NCBI GenBank assembly: GCA_963745035.1
Contig: CAVUVW010000013.1
Coordinates: forward strand, 1,760,001 to 1,824,000
Reading direction: 5' to 3'
Length of the DNA stretch: 64,000 nucleotides
DNA from: an uncultured delta proteobacterium
GTDB lineage: Bacteria > Desulfobacterota > Binatia > UBA9968
In this document: in pieces, positions 38,394-48,240 of the stretch
How the letters are laid out: the number at the start of each line of letters is the position of its first letter
How positions within the stretch are numbered: the stretch's first letter is position 1
Notes under the pieces: model-generated
What the model was told of the DNA's origin: nothing
The model's input: the letters and a program-made list of their open reading frames with translations, nothing else
The model's database searches: none
Program-made: the position numbers and the translations under genes

Positions 38394-39236
38394 TTAGAGG
38401 ATCAGCCTCGCAGCGGCGGCGCCGACGGCCCCTGGAAAGCCGAGCACAACCAGAAGCGATATCACTTGACCGAATGCCAGGTCGTCGGTGCGCCCGAACG
38501 TCCAGAGAATATAGGCGCTCATCAGCAGCACGACCGCATAGCCGACGACCGTCTCGCGAAGGAAGATGCTGTGCTGGGAAATTCCCTCGGGAACCGACCT
38601 GCTTCCTTGAAACTCCACCGAATAGACAAACGCATGCATGACGAGAATCGAGACCAGCACCAGGGCGATCGAGTGCCAGGGGCTCATCTGCTGCGCGATC
38701 AACAGGATCTCTTCGGTCGGCGCGACGTTGAAAGCGAGAAAGAGCGCGCCCGCGGCCATGATGAAGATTTCACCGAAGTACCCCGCGTGACGCTGCTTTT
38801 CCTGCCGCTGTTTATCGTTCCCGCCAAGTTCGCTTTGCGCAAACATGGCGCCGATGCTGCCCGGCACCGCTTGAATCGAGAGTTTGCCGATAATCTCGCC
38901 GGCCGACATGCCGAATTCGATCACCGAAAAAAGCGTGAGGCTTATGGCGCCTGCAAAAAAACCGACGGCTAGCGCGACAAAGGCGTCCACGACATCGTCT
39001 TTCCAACCGAACGTATCCTCGAACCCCATGTAGTGAGACAGGCCGATCAGGAGCGGGATCGTCAGCAACAGGAGAAGCGCAAGCTTCCAGTTCTCCATCG
39101 TAAAGCCCAGCCACCACATCTCCATCGTCATGAGGATGGGCAGGGAGAAGATGAGCGCTCCGGCAAAAGCGCGCGCAAGCCCGACGAGAAAGACGCGAGT
39201 GGCCGCCTGCGTAGCAGCTTCGTCGGTGGAGGTCAC
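38394..39236 (-). CDS. TIGR02587 (DUF2391) integral membrane protein
   Basis: RAFAGALIFSLP..MTMEMWWLG, NVAPTEE, GAAAARLIL. Confidence 0.85.
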   Translation of the reverse strand: MTSTDEAATQAATRVFLVGLARAFAGALIFSLPILMTMEMWWLGFTMENWKLALLLLLTIPLLIGLSHYMGFEDTFGWKDDVVDAFVALAVGFFAGAISLTLFSVIEFGMSAGEIIGKLSIQAVPGSIGAMFAQSELGGNDKQRQEKQRHAGYFGEIFIMAAGALFLAFNVAPTEEILLIAQQMSPWHSIALVLVSILVMHAFVYSVEFQGSRSVPEGISQHSIFLRETVVGYAVVLLMSAYILWTFGRTDDLAFGQVISLLVVLGFPGAVGAAAARLIL

Positions 39237-39240
39237 TGCT

Positions 39241-39346
39241 AAAGGATAAAGGATAAGGGATGAAGGATAAACCGGGGAAGGTCGCTCTTCATGACAGCCT
39301 GCTTTTTATTTTATCTTATCCTTTATCCTTTCGCCTTTATCCTTTT
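39241..39346. repeat. Gene-less inverted AAGGATA/TATCCTT tract pair
   Basis: aaaggataaaggataagggatgaaggataaa...ttatcctttatcctttcgcctttatcctttt. Confidence 0.85.
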
Positions 39347-40410
39347 CATCTTGCCGGCAGCGGCGCCGCGCCTGAGAAAACTTTGAACCACTCGATCAAC
39401 TCGGGATCGCGCGGGGTGTCGCGGATAACTCTGGCCAATTCCTCCGGCGCCATGGGACTCGCTTCATCGCCGACGACCTTACGGTATTCGCGATGAAACT
39501 CGGCATCTTTGAAAGTCTTGCGCATCGCCTCGTGGACGATCTCCACTCGATCCTTCGGCGTCCCAGGGGGCAGCACGTACGGCGAGCCCGTCAGCCTCAA
39601 CGTCCGTGACAGGCCGATCAGCCTGCTTTCTTTTTCCGATTTGGCAAAGCTCTCGATCTCGGGCAGATGACCGAAACGGGCGTGCTTGAGACCTTTGGGA
39701 ACTTCCAAAATCGCGTGGAAATCCATCAGACCCTTTTCAACCCAATCGGGATTGCGCTGCCAGACCGACGTCGCGGTATTCGCCCGGCCATCGACCTCGC
39801 CGCGCAGCAGCGCCGTATCCAATTCCGGCGCGCCGTAGCCCGGGATGAACTTCGGATCCTTGAGACCGAGAAAATAGGCAAACAACCGCGATGCGATGTA
39901 GGCGCTGTGTCCCACCGGCCTGGCGCCGACTCTGACCCCGGCAGCGCCTTTGAGTTTTTCCAGACTGTTCAGACCGGCTTCCTTGCGTGTGTAAAACACC
40001 ACATGGCTGTCGCTTTCCGGCGAGCCGAGATAAATGAACTTGTCGATGTCGTACATCACTCCGCTCTCGCGCAGGAGATTCAGCCCGACGACGCTGCTGC
40101 TGAACGCCCCGATCGTGAGCCCGTCCGGACGGGCATTGCTGTACATATGATTGCCCACTTGCCGGCCACCGCCGCCGTCCATGTACGTGACGACGATCGC
40201 CGGATTTCCCGGGATGTATTTGCGCAGAAAAGGAACCATCGCTTTTACCCGGTTGTCGCCGATGCCCCCCGGCGCGGTGCCGGCGACGATCGTTATGGTC
40301 TTCCCCTGGTAAAATGGCGCCTGCGCGAACGCCTGCTCGGGTGCAATCCCGGCGCTCGTGAGTAGCCCGCCAAAAACGACGATGCCGACAAACATTTTAC
40401 GAGTATTCAT
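39346..40410 (-). CDS. Tripartite tricarboxylate transporter substrate-binding protein (TctC/Bug-like)
   Basis: FYQGKTITIV..APGG, IPGNP, PDGLT, PPGTPKDRV. Confidence 0.88.
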   Translation of the reverse strand: MNTRKMFVGIVVFGGLLTSAGIAPEQAFAQAPFYQGKTITIVAGTAPGGIGDNRVKAMVPFLRKYIPGNPAIVVTYMDGGGGRQVGNHMYSNARPDGLTIGAFSSSVVGLNLLRESGVMYDIDKFIYLGSPESDSHVVFYTRKEAGLNSLEKLKGAAGVRVGARPVGHSAYIASRLFAYFLGLKDPKFIPGYGAPELDTALLRGEVDGRANTATSVWQRNPDWVEKGLMDFHAILEVPKGLKHARFGHLPEIESFAKSEKESRLIGLSRTLRLTGSPYVLPPGTPKDRVEIVHEAMRKTFKDAEFHREYRKVVGDEASPMAPEELARVIRDTPRDPELIEWFKVFSGAAPLPAR

Positions 40411-40455
40411 AAGACACCGTCCTATCCTTCAAGGCTCATGAATATCGCAGCCACA

Positions 40456-40619
40456 AAACCCGTTCAAATCGTTCAAGCCGTTCAATCCCCCGGATCGAGT
40501 CCGGGGTCCGTTCAAAACGTTGCCTGATTGTATATTTCGACGCCTCGACAAATTTCAAACCATATAAGTCCGCTTTCTCCGAATCGACCTTGAACCCCTT
40601 GAACATTGAACTTTGAACC
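40456..40619. repeat. Inverted CGTTCAA/TTGAAC tract pair in a divergent intergenic region
   Basis: cccgttcaaatcgttcaagccgttcaa...ttgaaccccttgaacattgaactttgaac. Confidence 0.75.
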
Positions 40620-40678
40620 GCGCTCCTTCACGAGCTGCCTGTCGTTTAACTTTTCGCCGGGAGTGGCATGATGATGTT

Positions 40679-41272
40679 ATGGCCCGAGCAGATGGAAGCT
40701 TGGATCTGTTTGATACCTCGGCGAAGGTTCCGGACGGATTTATCTATCACCACAATTTTCTTTCCGGCGCCCAGGAACAGGAGCTGATCCGGGAGATCGA
40801 GAAACTCGAGCTTACCCCGTTTCAGTACTATCAATTTACTGGCAAGCGGCGCACCGTGAGCTTTGGCTGGGCATACGAGTTCGGCAAAAAGGATATCGCT
40901 CCGGCGCCGGAGATCCCCGCATTTCTCCTCCCTGTGCGGACTCGCGCCGAGGACCTCTTCGGCATCGAACCGAACAGCCTGGCTCATGCGTCGATCATCG
41001 AATATCCCACCGGCGCGCCGATCGGCTGGCACCGTGACATTCCGCATTTTGGCGTTGTGGTCGGCATCTCTCTCGGCGCGGCGTGCCGGATGAGGTTCCG
41101 GAAATATGAGCGCGCCCGGTCGAAGACTTCCAAGCGCGAGATCCTGTCGATCGAGCTGCAACCGCGCTCGGTTTATCTGATGAGCGGGGCTTCGCGCGAA
41201 ATTTGGCAGCACTCGATCCCGCCGGTGAAGGAGCTGCGCTACGCGATCATGATGAGGACCGTGAAAAAGTAA
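40679..41272 (+). CDS. AlkB-like 2OG-Fe(II) dioxygenase
   Basis: IGWHRD, GISLG, WQHSIP, RYAIMMR. Confidence 0.88.
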   Translation: MARADGSLDLFDTSAKVPDGFIYHHNFLSGAQEQELIREIEKLELTPFQYYQFTGKRRTVSFGWAYEFGKKDIAPAPEIPAFLLPVRTRAEDLFGIEPNSLAHASIIEYPTGAPIGWHRDIPHFGVVVGISLGAACRMRFRKYERARSKTSKREILSIELQPRSVYLMSGASREIWQHSIPPVKELRYAIMMRTVKK

Positions 41273-41458
41273 CGGGAGATGACCCGAGCCGTTCAAAACG
41301 TTCAACCGCTGCGCTCAGTTCAAAACGTTCAAGTCGTTGAGAAACATCCGCGACAGCGCTGGAGAGACGGCGGGCTGATACGTCCAAGTTTTAATATAGG
41401 CTCGGTGTTCGGAAGCAGATGCGCTTCGGCTTGCGAGCACCGAGCGCAAACCCCGGTG

Positions 41459-43315
41459 TCAACGTGAAGCGGTTCTCTTGCCTGGTTCATGCCAAAGCTC
41501 TTCGAGCCTGGTCCATACGTCGGCGGCTATGCGAGAGCTTAACGGCGAGAGCAACTCGTTCACCCGACTGGTGACCACCCCGCGACATCTCACGCGACCG
41601 TCGCGGATCAAGCCGTCGAACCGCGATTGCCATAGAACCATCGTCACGAGCCTACCGGGCAAGCTGATGGCCTCGATCTGCTCGGTGATTTTTTCCCGTC
41701 CCCACCACCAGACACCGGCGGAGCCGATCAGTCCGATTAGCGCGCCGATCAAAAAGCCCACCGGTCCGGTGGTCCCGAAGAGCGCGACGATCACGGCGAT
41801 CTCCAGGCTCTCCCCGAATCCTCCGGCAAGAGTTCCCAACGCGATCGCGACCGATGCGCTAACACTCGCGCCGATCGCGTCGGCAAACCCGGCGCCGATC
41901 GGCTTCACGGAACGGTCGAACTCATCGGCCGGAAGAATCTCTAAGTCGCCGAGAAAATCGCGGCCGATCGCCGCGTTGAGGCGAAAGTCCTGCCGCACCG
42001 CGCTGAGCGCGCGGTCCACCGCCGGGGCAATCGATGCCTCGAGGTCCTTGACCGCTGCGGCGGCAAAGGCGTTGATTTCGTTTCTGCTCTCTTCACAGCG
42101 ATCATGAATGCGGCGCCTGAGATCGCTGATTTTTCCGCCAGCGGCTCGGAACCGCGCGAGCTCCGGAACGATGCGTTGGTCATAGAACCGCCCGCACACG
42201 AAGTCGGCCATGGCTGCGGCGAAGCTTCGGACGCCGCGCTCGATCTCTTGGGCGATCAATCCTTCGATTTGCGGGCGAATCAGCCGGGCGAAGTAATCAT
42301 CGAAGTCGACATGAACGTTGACCTTGGCACGGCGCACGGCGAATCCCTGCGCGACGGCGAGCACCGAGCGCGGCACGACAATGAACACGACTGCGGTCAG
42401 GACGAAGAGATGAATCCATGGCGCCGCGGGAGCGCCCTGGGCGCTCATGAGCCGCGCGATATCGACGTCGGCGCCGAGATCGCGCCCGGCGAGACGGGAA
42501 AGCCAAATCGCCGGAGCGAAAACGAAGTCCACCCAGCGGGCGACGGTCCTTTCGTCGTTGATAAACGTGCTGCTCCAGACGACGTCGTAGCGCAGGAAGA
42601 CACCCCGGATGTACATACCGGCGACCGCTCCCGCCGTCAAAGCGATCGCGGCGCAATGCGATAATCTTGTCCATCGCGCCGCCAGCAGCGGCCGCGCGGC
42701 GTCGACCCAATGACTCCAGAAGCGCCGGGCGACGCCGGCGAACAACATCGCCTGCTTCCGCGTGGCGTGGAAGCGCAGGGTGAAATTGTGAATGGAGATC
42801 CAGAGTGAAGGAAACAAGACGCGGGCAGTCCACGGCGCGGCGTGGGCCGGCGACGTCACGGGCGCGGCTTCCTGCGTCTGTGCAGCGCGGAATCGGTTTT
42901 CATCATCGTGTTCCGATGGCTGCTTGGCTTTTTTGACCTGCGCGCGCAGCCACCACACCAAGAGCGCGATATAGAGCAGCAGGTTCCACGCCACCAAAGC
43001 CATGATCGGATTCAACAGGATCGGTATCTTCTCGAAGGATCCGAGATAGTTGGTTGCCAAACCGATAAGGAAGGCAAAGGCGCAGACGGCGATCGTCCAG
43101 CCTTCCGGCAGTTGCGCCATGCGAACGATGGCGCCGTACGGGTGCGGCACCGCGTTCAACAGGGACCGAGAGCGGATCAAGAACCACGACGACGGCCGGA
43201 GGTCGGTTGCGGCGGCACCGAGCGCTTTCGAGAGAGCCGAGGGCGGAAATACCTTCGGATCGGTCTCCTCGATCGACCGTACCAGAAGGATGGGTGCGGC
43301 GTCCTGTTCCGTCAT
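41459..43315 (-). CDS. DUF2868-like membrane protein
   Basis: GMYIRG...Y...WSSTF, APWIHL...VVPR. Confidence 0.65.
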   Translation of the reverse strand: MTEQDAAPILLVRSIEETDPKVFPPSALSKALGAAATDLRPSSWFLIRSRSLLNAVPHPYGAIVRMAQLPEGWTIAVCAFAFLIGLATNYLGSFEKIPILLNPIMALVAWNLLLYIALLVWWLRAQVKKAKQPSEHDDENRFRAAQTQEAAPVTSPAHAAPWTARVLFPSLWISIHNFTLRFHATRKQAMLFAGVARRFWSHWVDAARPLLAARWTRLSHCAAIALTAGAVAGMYIRGVFLRYDVVWSSTFINDERTVARWVDFVFAPAIWLSRLAGRDLGADVDIARLMSAQGAPAAPWIHLFVLTAVVFIVVPRSVLAVAQGFAVRRAKVNVHVDFDDYFARLIRPQIEGLIAQEIERGVRSFAAAMADFVCGRFYDQRIVPELARFRAAGGKISDLRRRIHDRCEESRNEINAFAAAAVKDLEASIAPAVDRALSAVRQDFRLNAAIGRDFLGDLEILPADEFDRSVKPIGAGFADAIGASVSASVAIALGTLAGGFGESLEIAVIVALFGTTGPVGFLIGALIGLIGSAGVWWWGREKITEQIEAISLPGRLVTMVLWQSRFDGLIRDGRVRCRGVVTSRVNELLSPLSSRIAADVWTRLEELWHEPGKRTASR

Positions 43316-43352
43316 CGCTTGCGGGAAACCCGGTCACGCCTAAGCGGTCCAG

Positions 43353-44441
43353 CTAACGGCTGCGCTGGGTGGAGGCTTCTTCGATCTTCTCCGCCGCCTG
43401 AGCTTCATCATCGGCATCCGGCTGCGGCGCTTCTTGCTGGTGAGCGGCCTCGGGCTCGTAGCTCAAGCGAATAAACATCGGAAAGTGGTCCGAGCCAAAA
43501 AACGCCAGACGCTTCAGCTCGATGAGTCTGAACTGCGCCGAGTGAAAGAAGTGGTCGAGCGGAAAGCGCAGGAAGAAGTAGCCTGCGTGAAACGAGTTGT
43601 AGAGCCCGCGACCGACGCGCGGATCGAGGAGCCCGCTGATTTTTTGAAACAAATCATTGGTATACGACCAGGCAACGTCGTTCAAGTCACCCATGACGAT
43701 GACCGGCAGCTGTTTTCCTTTCGTCTCTTTGCCGACGACGATCAATTCGGCGTCCCGCTCGGTGGACTGCGCCGTTTCCTGCGGCACCGGCGGCCTGGGA
43801 TGCAGGCAGTGGATCTCCACCTCGGTGCCTCCGGGCAGCTTGACCAGCGCGCGAATCGAGGGAATGTCATCTTGAATCAGAAAACGCACTTCTGGCCGGA
43901 TGAGCTCGAGCCGGGAAAAAAGCAACATGCCGTAGCAATTGTCCTGCGGCCGGCTCACGGTGAACGGATGGGTCTCGGCAAAGCGAGCGAGCTCGCTCTC
44001 CCACCATCGATCCGCCTCGACGATGAGAATCACGTCGGGATCGGCTTCAGCAATGATCTCCCGCAGCCGTGCCGAGTTGCGGTTGTCCATTTTCACGTTG
44101 GCGAGCAGCAAGCTGATGGTGGTTTCATGGCGTGGCTTTTTTGCCCCCTGCACCTCGTTCCCGGCAAGAATCGTGTACGGCCGAATCCGGTAGGCTTGAT
44201 AGAGAATCGACAGCAGCAATCCGCCGCGGACGAGCTGCGCGCCCCGTCCGGCATCCCTGCGAAGAGCCAGGTCGGTGCCGAGAACCAGCGCTCCGGCGAG
44301 AGCGAGTTGTGTCCGCGGGAAATCGAAGGTCCTGATCCACCAACGAGCGCTCCGGCTAAACGGCAGCAGGGTAGCGGTAGTCAGTGCCAGTTCGGCGATC
44401 GTGAATAGAGCCTTCAAGATTGTTTCACCTTGGAACAGCAT
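43353..44441 (-). CDS. Endonuclease/exonuclease/phosphatase family protein
   Basis: ANV, GDLND, LDH, GSDHFP. Confidence 0.88.
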   Translation of the reverse strand: MLFQGETILKALFTIAELALTTATLLPFSRSARWWIRTFDFPRTQLALAGALVLGTDLALRRDAGRGAQLVRGGLLLSILYQAYRIRPYTILAGNEVQGAKKPRHETTISLLLANVKMDNRNSARLREIIAEADPDVILIVEADRWWESELARFAETHPFTVSRPQDNCYGMLLFSRLELIRPEVRFLIQDDIPSIRALVKLPGGTEVEIHCLHPRPPVPQETAQSTERDAELIVVGKETKGKQLPVIVMGDLNDVAWSYTNDLFQKISGLLDPRVGRGLYNSFHAGYFFLRFPLDHFFHSAQFRLIELKRLAFFGSDHFPMFIRLSYEPEAAHQQEAPQPDADDEAQAAEKIEEASTQRSR

Positions 44442-44680
44442 AACACGCGGCTAGCGTGGCGGAAGGCGAGCGCTCGAGAATGGCCATGGCTCGCGCAAAT
44501 GCCAGGGGCTCAGCGACGAGCAGCTATGCCACTTGATCGGTTAAGGAGCGAAGCGAAGTCCTGAAGCCGGAGCGGACGTACAGGCCTCGCTGCCGGCGAA
44601 ATCAGGCCCTCACGCATCTGCTCGCTCGGTTGAATACCCGCGATGCCTAAAGTAGTAGTGTGTGACCGAGAGGACGAGCT

Positions 44681-45472
44681 ATGCCCTTTGAATACCTTTC
44701 CGTCATGGCGCAGAACTCCGCACCCAGGGCGCCGCGGGTTCTCGCTGCGCCTTCGAGCCGGGCTTGGCAGCCAGTGACAAAAGCAGTGCGCGAATTGCGG
44801 GTCGCTTTACTCAGCAGCGCCGCGCTGCGGCTAGCCGACCAGGAGCCGTTCATTCCGCGCGAAGACCTGAGCTACCGCCGCGTTCCGTCCGATCCGCGCA
44901 GCGGCACGGTCGTCATCGATCACCACTCGGGCATCGGCACAGTGCCGAAGAGGGACCCGGAGATCGTCTTTCCCCGCGCGGCGCTGGCGGCATTGGTCTC
45001 CAACGGCACAATCGGCGCCTCGGCGCCGTTTCACTATTCGTTCATGGGCGGCGTGCGCGAGCATGAACGCATCGAGAACGAGCTTGCTGCCGCGCTGGCG
45101 GACGAGCTCGCGAAAGCGCGCGTCGACCTCGCTCTGCTCGTCCCCTACTGACCGTTCTGCCACGAGACCGTCGGTCTCATCGCCCACGTCATCGAAGCGC
45201 GCGGCATTCCTACCTTGGTCATCGGCACGGCGCACGACATCATGAGCAAAGTCGTCCCGCCGCGCGCTGCGTTCGTCGACCATCCGGTCGGCCGTACCTT
45301 CGGCCCGCCGCACGATCGCGAGCGTCACCAAGCGGTGTTGGCAAGAGCGCTGCAAGAGCTGCCTAAGTTCACAACGCCCGGAGAGATTCGCGATCTGGGC
45401 TGCCAGTGGCTCCCTGGCGGCGGGCGCGAGTGGGAGGCCGAGCTGCGCGCCGAGATGCTCCATGACCGTTGA
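44681..45472 (+). CDS. GrdB/PrdB-like reductase selenoprotein (in-frame TGA = Sec at 45149-45151)
   Basis: RVALLSSAA, YSFMG, LLVPY-U-PFCHETVGLIA..IEARGIPT; both ORF halves are in the same frame. Confidence 0.85.
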
Positions 45473-45533
45473 CTCAAAGGAAATTTTAAGTGTTAATTGC
45501 GGGCTAGAATATCATCCGGTGAAGGAGCTCTGA

Positions 45534-46553
45534 ATGTCGAAATTTTTTCTCGCAATCTCGTTGCTGGCTGTCTACTTTGCATCGCCATTGCCGGTCCACG
45601 CGGCGGCGCCTTTCTATGAAGGCAAGTCGATCCGCATTATCGTCGGCTTCTCGGCGGGCGGCGGGTTCGATACTTATTCTCGCCTGATCAGCCGTCACTT
45701 GGGCAGGCATATCCCGGGCAACCCCGGCGTCGTCGTCGAAAACATGCCGGGCGCGGCGAGCCTCGTCTCCGCCAATCACGTTTACAATGTCGCCAAACCC
45801 GACGGTCTCACGATACTCAATTTCCACGGCAATCAGGTCATCAATCAGTTGATCGGCAAGCCGGGCATCGAGTTCGATGCGCGGAAATTCGAATACATCG
45901 GCATTCCGACCCAGGACAACGTCGCCTGCGCGTTCTACAAGGCGAGCGGCATCACGAGCTTCGATAGCCTGCGCAACGCCAAGACGCCGGTGAAGCTCGG
46001 CGGCGTCGCGCCGGGGGACACGACTTACAACACCGCCAGACTCTTGATCGCGGCCCTCAAGCTGCCGATCCAGCTCGTGGCCGGGTACAAGGGCACGGCC
46101 GAAGTCAAGCTCGCCGCCGAGGCCGGCGAAGTGGCGGGCGGCTGCTGGCAGTGGGAGTCGATCAAATCGATTTGGCGCCAGGGACTCGATGCCGGCAACG
46201 TCGCCGTCGTGCTTCAGGTGAACGCCAAGACACATCCCGAGCTGCCCAAGGTGCCGAACGCGGTCGATTTCGCGCCCAACGAAAACGCCAAGCTGCTGCT
46301 CAAGTACGGCGGCCATGATCCATCGGCGATCACCCGGCCTTATGCCCTCGGCCCGGGCACGCCGAAGGACCGGGTGCAGCTCTTGCGCAAAGCTTTCGTC
46401 GAGACGATGAAAGATCCCGAGTTTCTCGCCGACGCCAAGAAGTCGCGCCTCGACACCGATCCGCTGACCGGCGAGGACATCGACAGGATCGTCGCGCAGT
46501 TGTTCAAGATGGATCCAGCTCTGGTCAATCAGCTAAAAGAGATCCTGAAATAA
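45534..46553 (+). CDS. TctC/Bug-like substrate-binding protein
   Basis: FYEGKSIRIIVGFSAGGGFD, NMPGA, GYKGT. Confidence 0.9.
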   Translation: MSKFFLAISLLAVYFASPLPVHAAAPFYEGKSIRIIVGFSAGGGFDTYSRLISRHLGRHIPGNPGVVVENMPGAASLVSANHVYNVAKPDGLTILNFHGNQVINQLIGKPGIEFDARKFEYIGIPTQDNVACAFYKASGITSFDSLRNAKTPVKLGGVAPGDTTYNTARLLIAALKLPIQLVAGYKGTAEVKLAAEAGEVAGGCWQWESIKSIWRQGLDAGNVAVVLQVNAKTHPELPKVPNAVDFAPNENAKLLLKYGGHDPSAITRPYALGPGTPKDRVQLLRKAFVETMKDPEFLADAKKSRLDTDPLTGEDIDRIVAQLFKMDPALVNQLKEILK

Positions 46554-46585
46554 GCGGGCTCGAAATTTCTCGACGAGGAGAAATC

Positions 46586-47605
46586 ATGAAGCGAACTATT
46601 TGCCGTCTGTCGATTCTCTGTGTCTTTCTCGTCGCCGCGGCCACGGCCCGCGCGCAGGACGGTTTTTACCGCGGCAAGACGGTGCGCATCATCGTCGGCG
46701 CCTCCGCCGGCGGCGGCTATGACACCTACTCCCGCACCATAGCCAGGCACATGGGCAAACACATTCCCGGCAACCCGGCGATCGTCGTCGACAACATGCC
46801 GGGCGCAGGTTTTTTGATCTCGGCCAACCACATGTATAAAGTCGCCAAGCCCGACGGCTTGACCATCGGTCATTTCATCGGCGGCCTGTTCCTGCAGCAA
46901 CTGCTCGGTAAGCCGGGCATCGAGTTCGACGCGCGCAAGTTCGAGTACATGGGTGTGCCGGCACAGGACAACTACATGCTCGCCGTGCACAAGAGCACCG
47001 GCATCACCAGCATCGAACAGTGGCTATCGTCGAAGACCCCGGTCAAGCTCGGCGGCGTCGGCATCGGCTCGGCGACCGATGACATTCCCAAAGTGCTCGC
47101 CGCCGCCATCGGCTTGCCGATCCAGCTCGTCTCCGGCTACAAAGGCACCGCCGACGTGCGTCTGGCGTTCAACAGCCAAGAAGTCCTGGGTGTGTGCAAT
47201 GCCTGGGAATCTTTTAAAGCGACCTGGCGCAAGGAGCTTGACGCGGGCGACGCGGTGATCGTCTTGCAGAATACCGCCAAGCCACATCCCGAGCAGCCCA
47301 AGCTGCCGCTGGCGATCACCTACGCCAAGAACGAAGAGGGGCAAAAGCTCATCCGCTCTCTGGTTCACAGCGTCGGTCCGACCGCACGCCCCTACGTGCT
47401 GCCGCCGGGCACGCCCAAAGACCGCGTGCAGCTTCTCCGCAAGGCATTCATCGACACCGTGAAAGATCCGGAGTTTCTCGCCGACGCCACCAAGGCCAAG
47501 CTCGACATCAACCCCCTCGACGGCGCCGAGCTCGAAAAAAACGTCAAAGACGTATTCAATCTCGATCCCAAGCTGATCCCCCGAGCGAAAGAGATTTTGA
47601 AGTAG
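46586..47605 (+). CDS. TctC/Bug-like substrate-binding protein (tandem paralogue)
   Basis: FYRGKTVRIIVGASAGGGYD, NMPGA, GYKGT. Confidence 0.9.
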   Translation: MKRTICRLSILCVFLVAAATARAQDGFYRGKTVRIIVGASAGGGYDTYSRTIARHMGKHIPGNPAIVVDNMPGAGFLISANHMYKVAKPDGLTIGHFIGGLFLQQLLGKPGIEFDARKFEYMGVPAQDNYMLAVHKSTGITSIEQWLSSKTPVKLGGVGIGSATDDIPKVLAAAIGLPIQLVSGYKGTADVRLAFNSQEVLGVCNAWESFKATWRKELDAGDAVIVLQNTAKPHPEQPKLPLAITYAKNEEGQKLIRSLVHSVGPTARPYVLPPGTPKDRVQLLRKAFIDTVKDPEFLADATKAKLDINPLDGAELEKNVKDVFNLDPKLIPRAKEILK

Positions 47606-47725
47606 ATCGAACGGTTCTGTTGACTGGGCGGCAGCCAAGCCGCGCGTGATTTCTGTCATGAGTCGAAACATTCTCGCTCATGCCGCGATGAGCAACTCGA
47701 GGCATGATAACCCTACCGCCCAAAA

Positions 47726-47770
47726 CAAAACAGCCCGCCGGATCGTACGAGATCCCGGCGGGCTGTTTGC
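47726..47770 (-). terminator. Intrinsic terminator after rplQ
   Basis: aaacagcccgccgg...ccggcgggctgttt with a U-rich tail on the minus strand. Confidence 0.75.
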
Positions 47771-47790
47771 TGAAAATATGGTGATTAGAG

Positions 47791-48237
47791 TTAAGCCGCT
47801 GCTTCCTGCTTCTCGCTCGGCTGCCGGCGCCGGGACCGGCGTCTTCTCCTACCGCCGCCGGACGAGCTTTCTTTGGTCTCTTCCCCGCCCACCAACTCGA
47901 TGATCGACATTTGCGCCGCGTCGCCGTGGCGCAGGCCGATTTTGATGATGCGCGTGTAGCCTCCCGGGCGGTCTTTGAAGCGCGGCCCGATGGTGTCAAA
48001 GAGCTTGCGCACGACCGACTTGTCCTGGACGATGCCCAAGGCTTGCCGGCGCGCGTGCAAGTCGCCGCGCTTGCCGAGCGTGATCACGCGTTCCACCCAG
48101 CGGCGCAGCTCTTTGGCCTTCGGATCGGTGGTGCGAATTTTTTCCTCGCGCAGCAAAGCGGTGATGAGATTGCGCATGAGCGCCCAGCGATGCGCCGAGT
48201 TGCGGCTGAGTTGCCTGCCTGACTTGAGATGGCGCAT
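47791..48237 (-). CDS. rplQ: 50S ribosomal protein L17
   Basis: [18 protein letters not shown]. Confidence 0.97.
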   Translation of the reverse strand: MRHLKSGRQLSRNSAHRWALMRNLITALLREEKIRTTDPKAKELRRWVERVITLGKRGDLHARRQALGIVQDKSVVRKLFDTIGPRFKDRPGGYTRIIKIGLRHGDAAQMSIIELVGGEETKESSSGGGRRRRRSRRRQPSEKQEAAA

Positions 48238-48240
48238 GAC

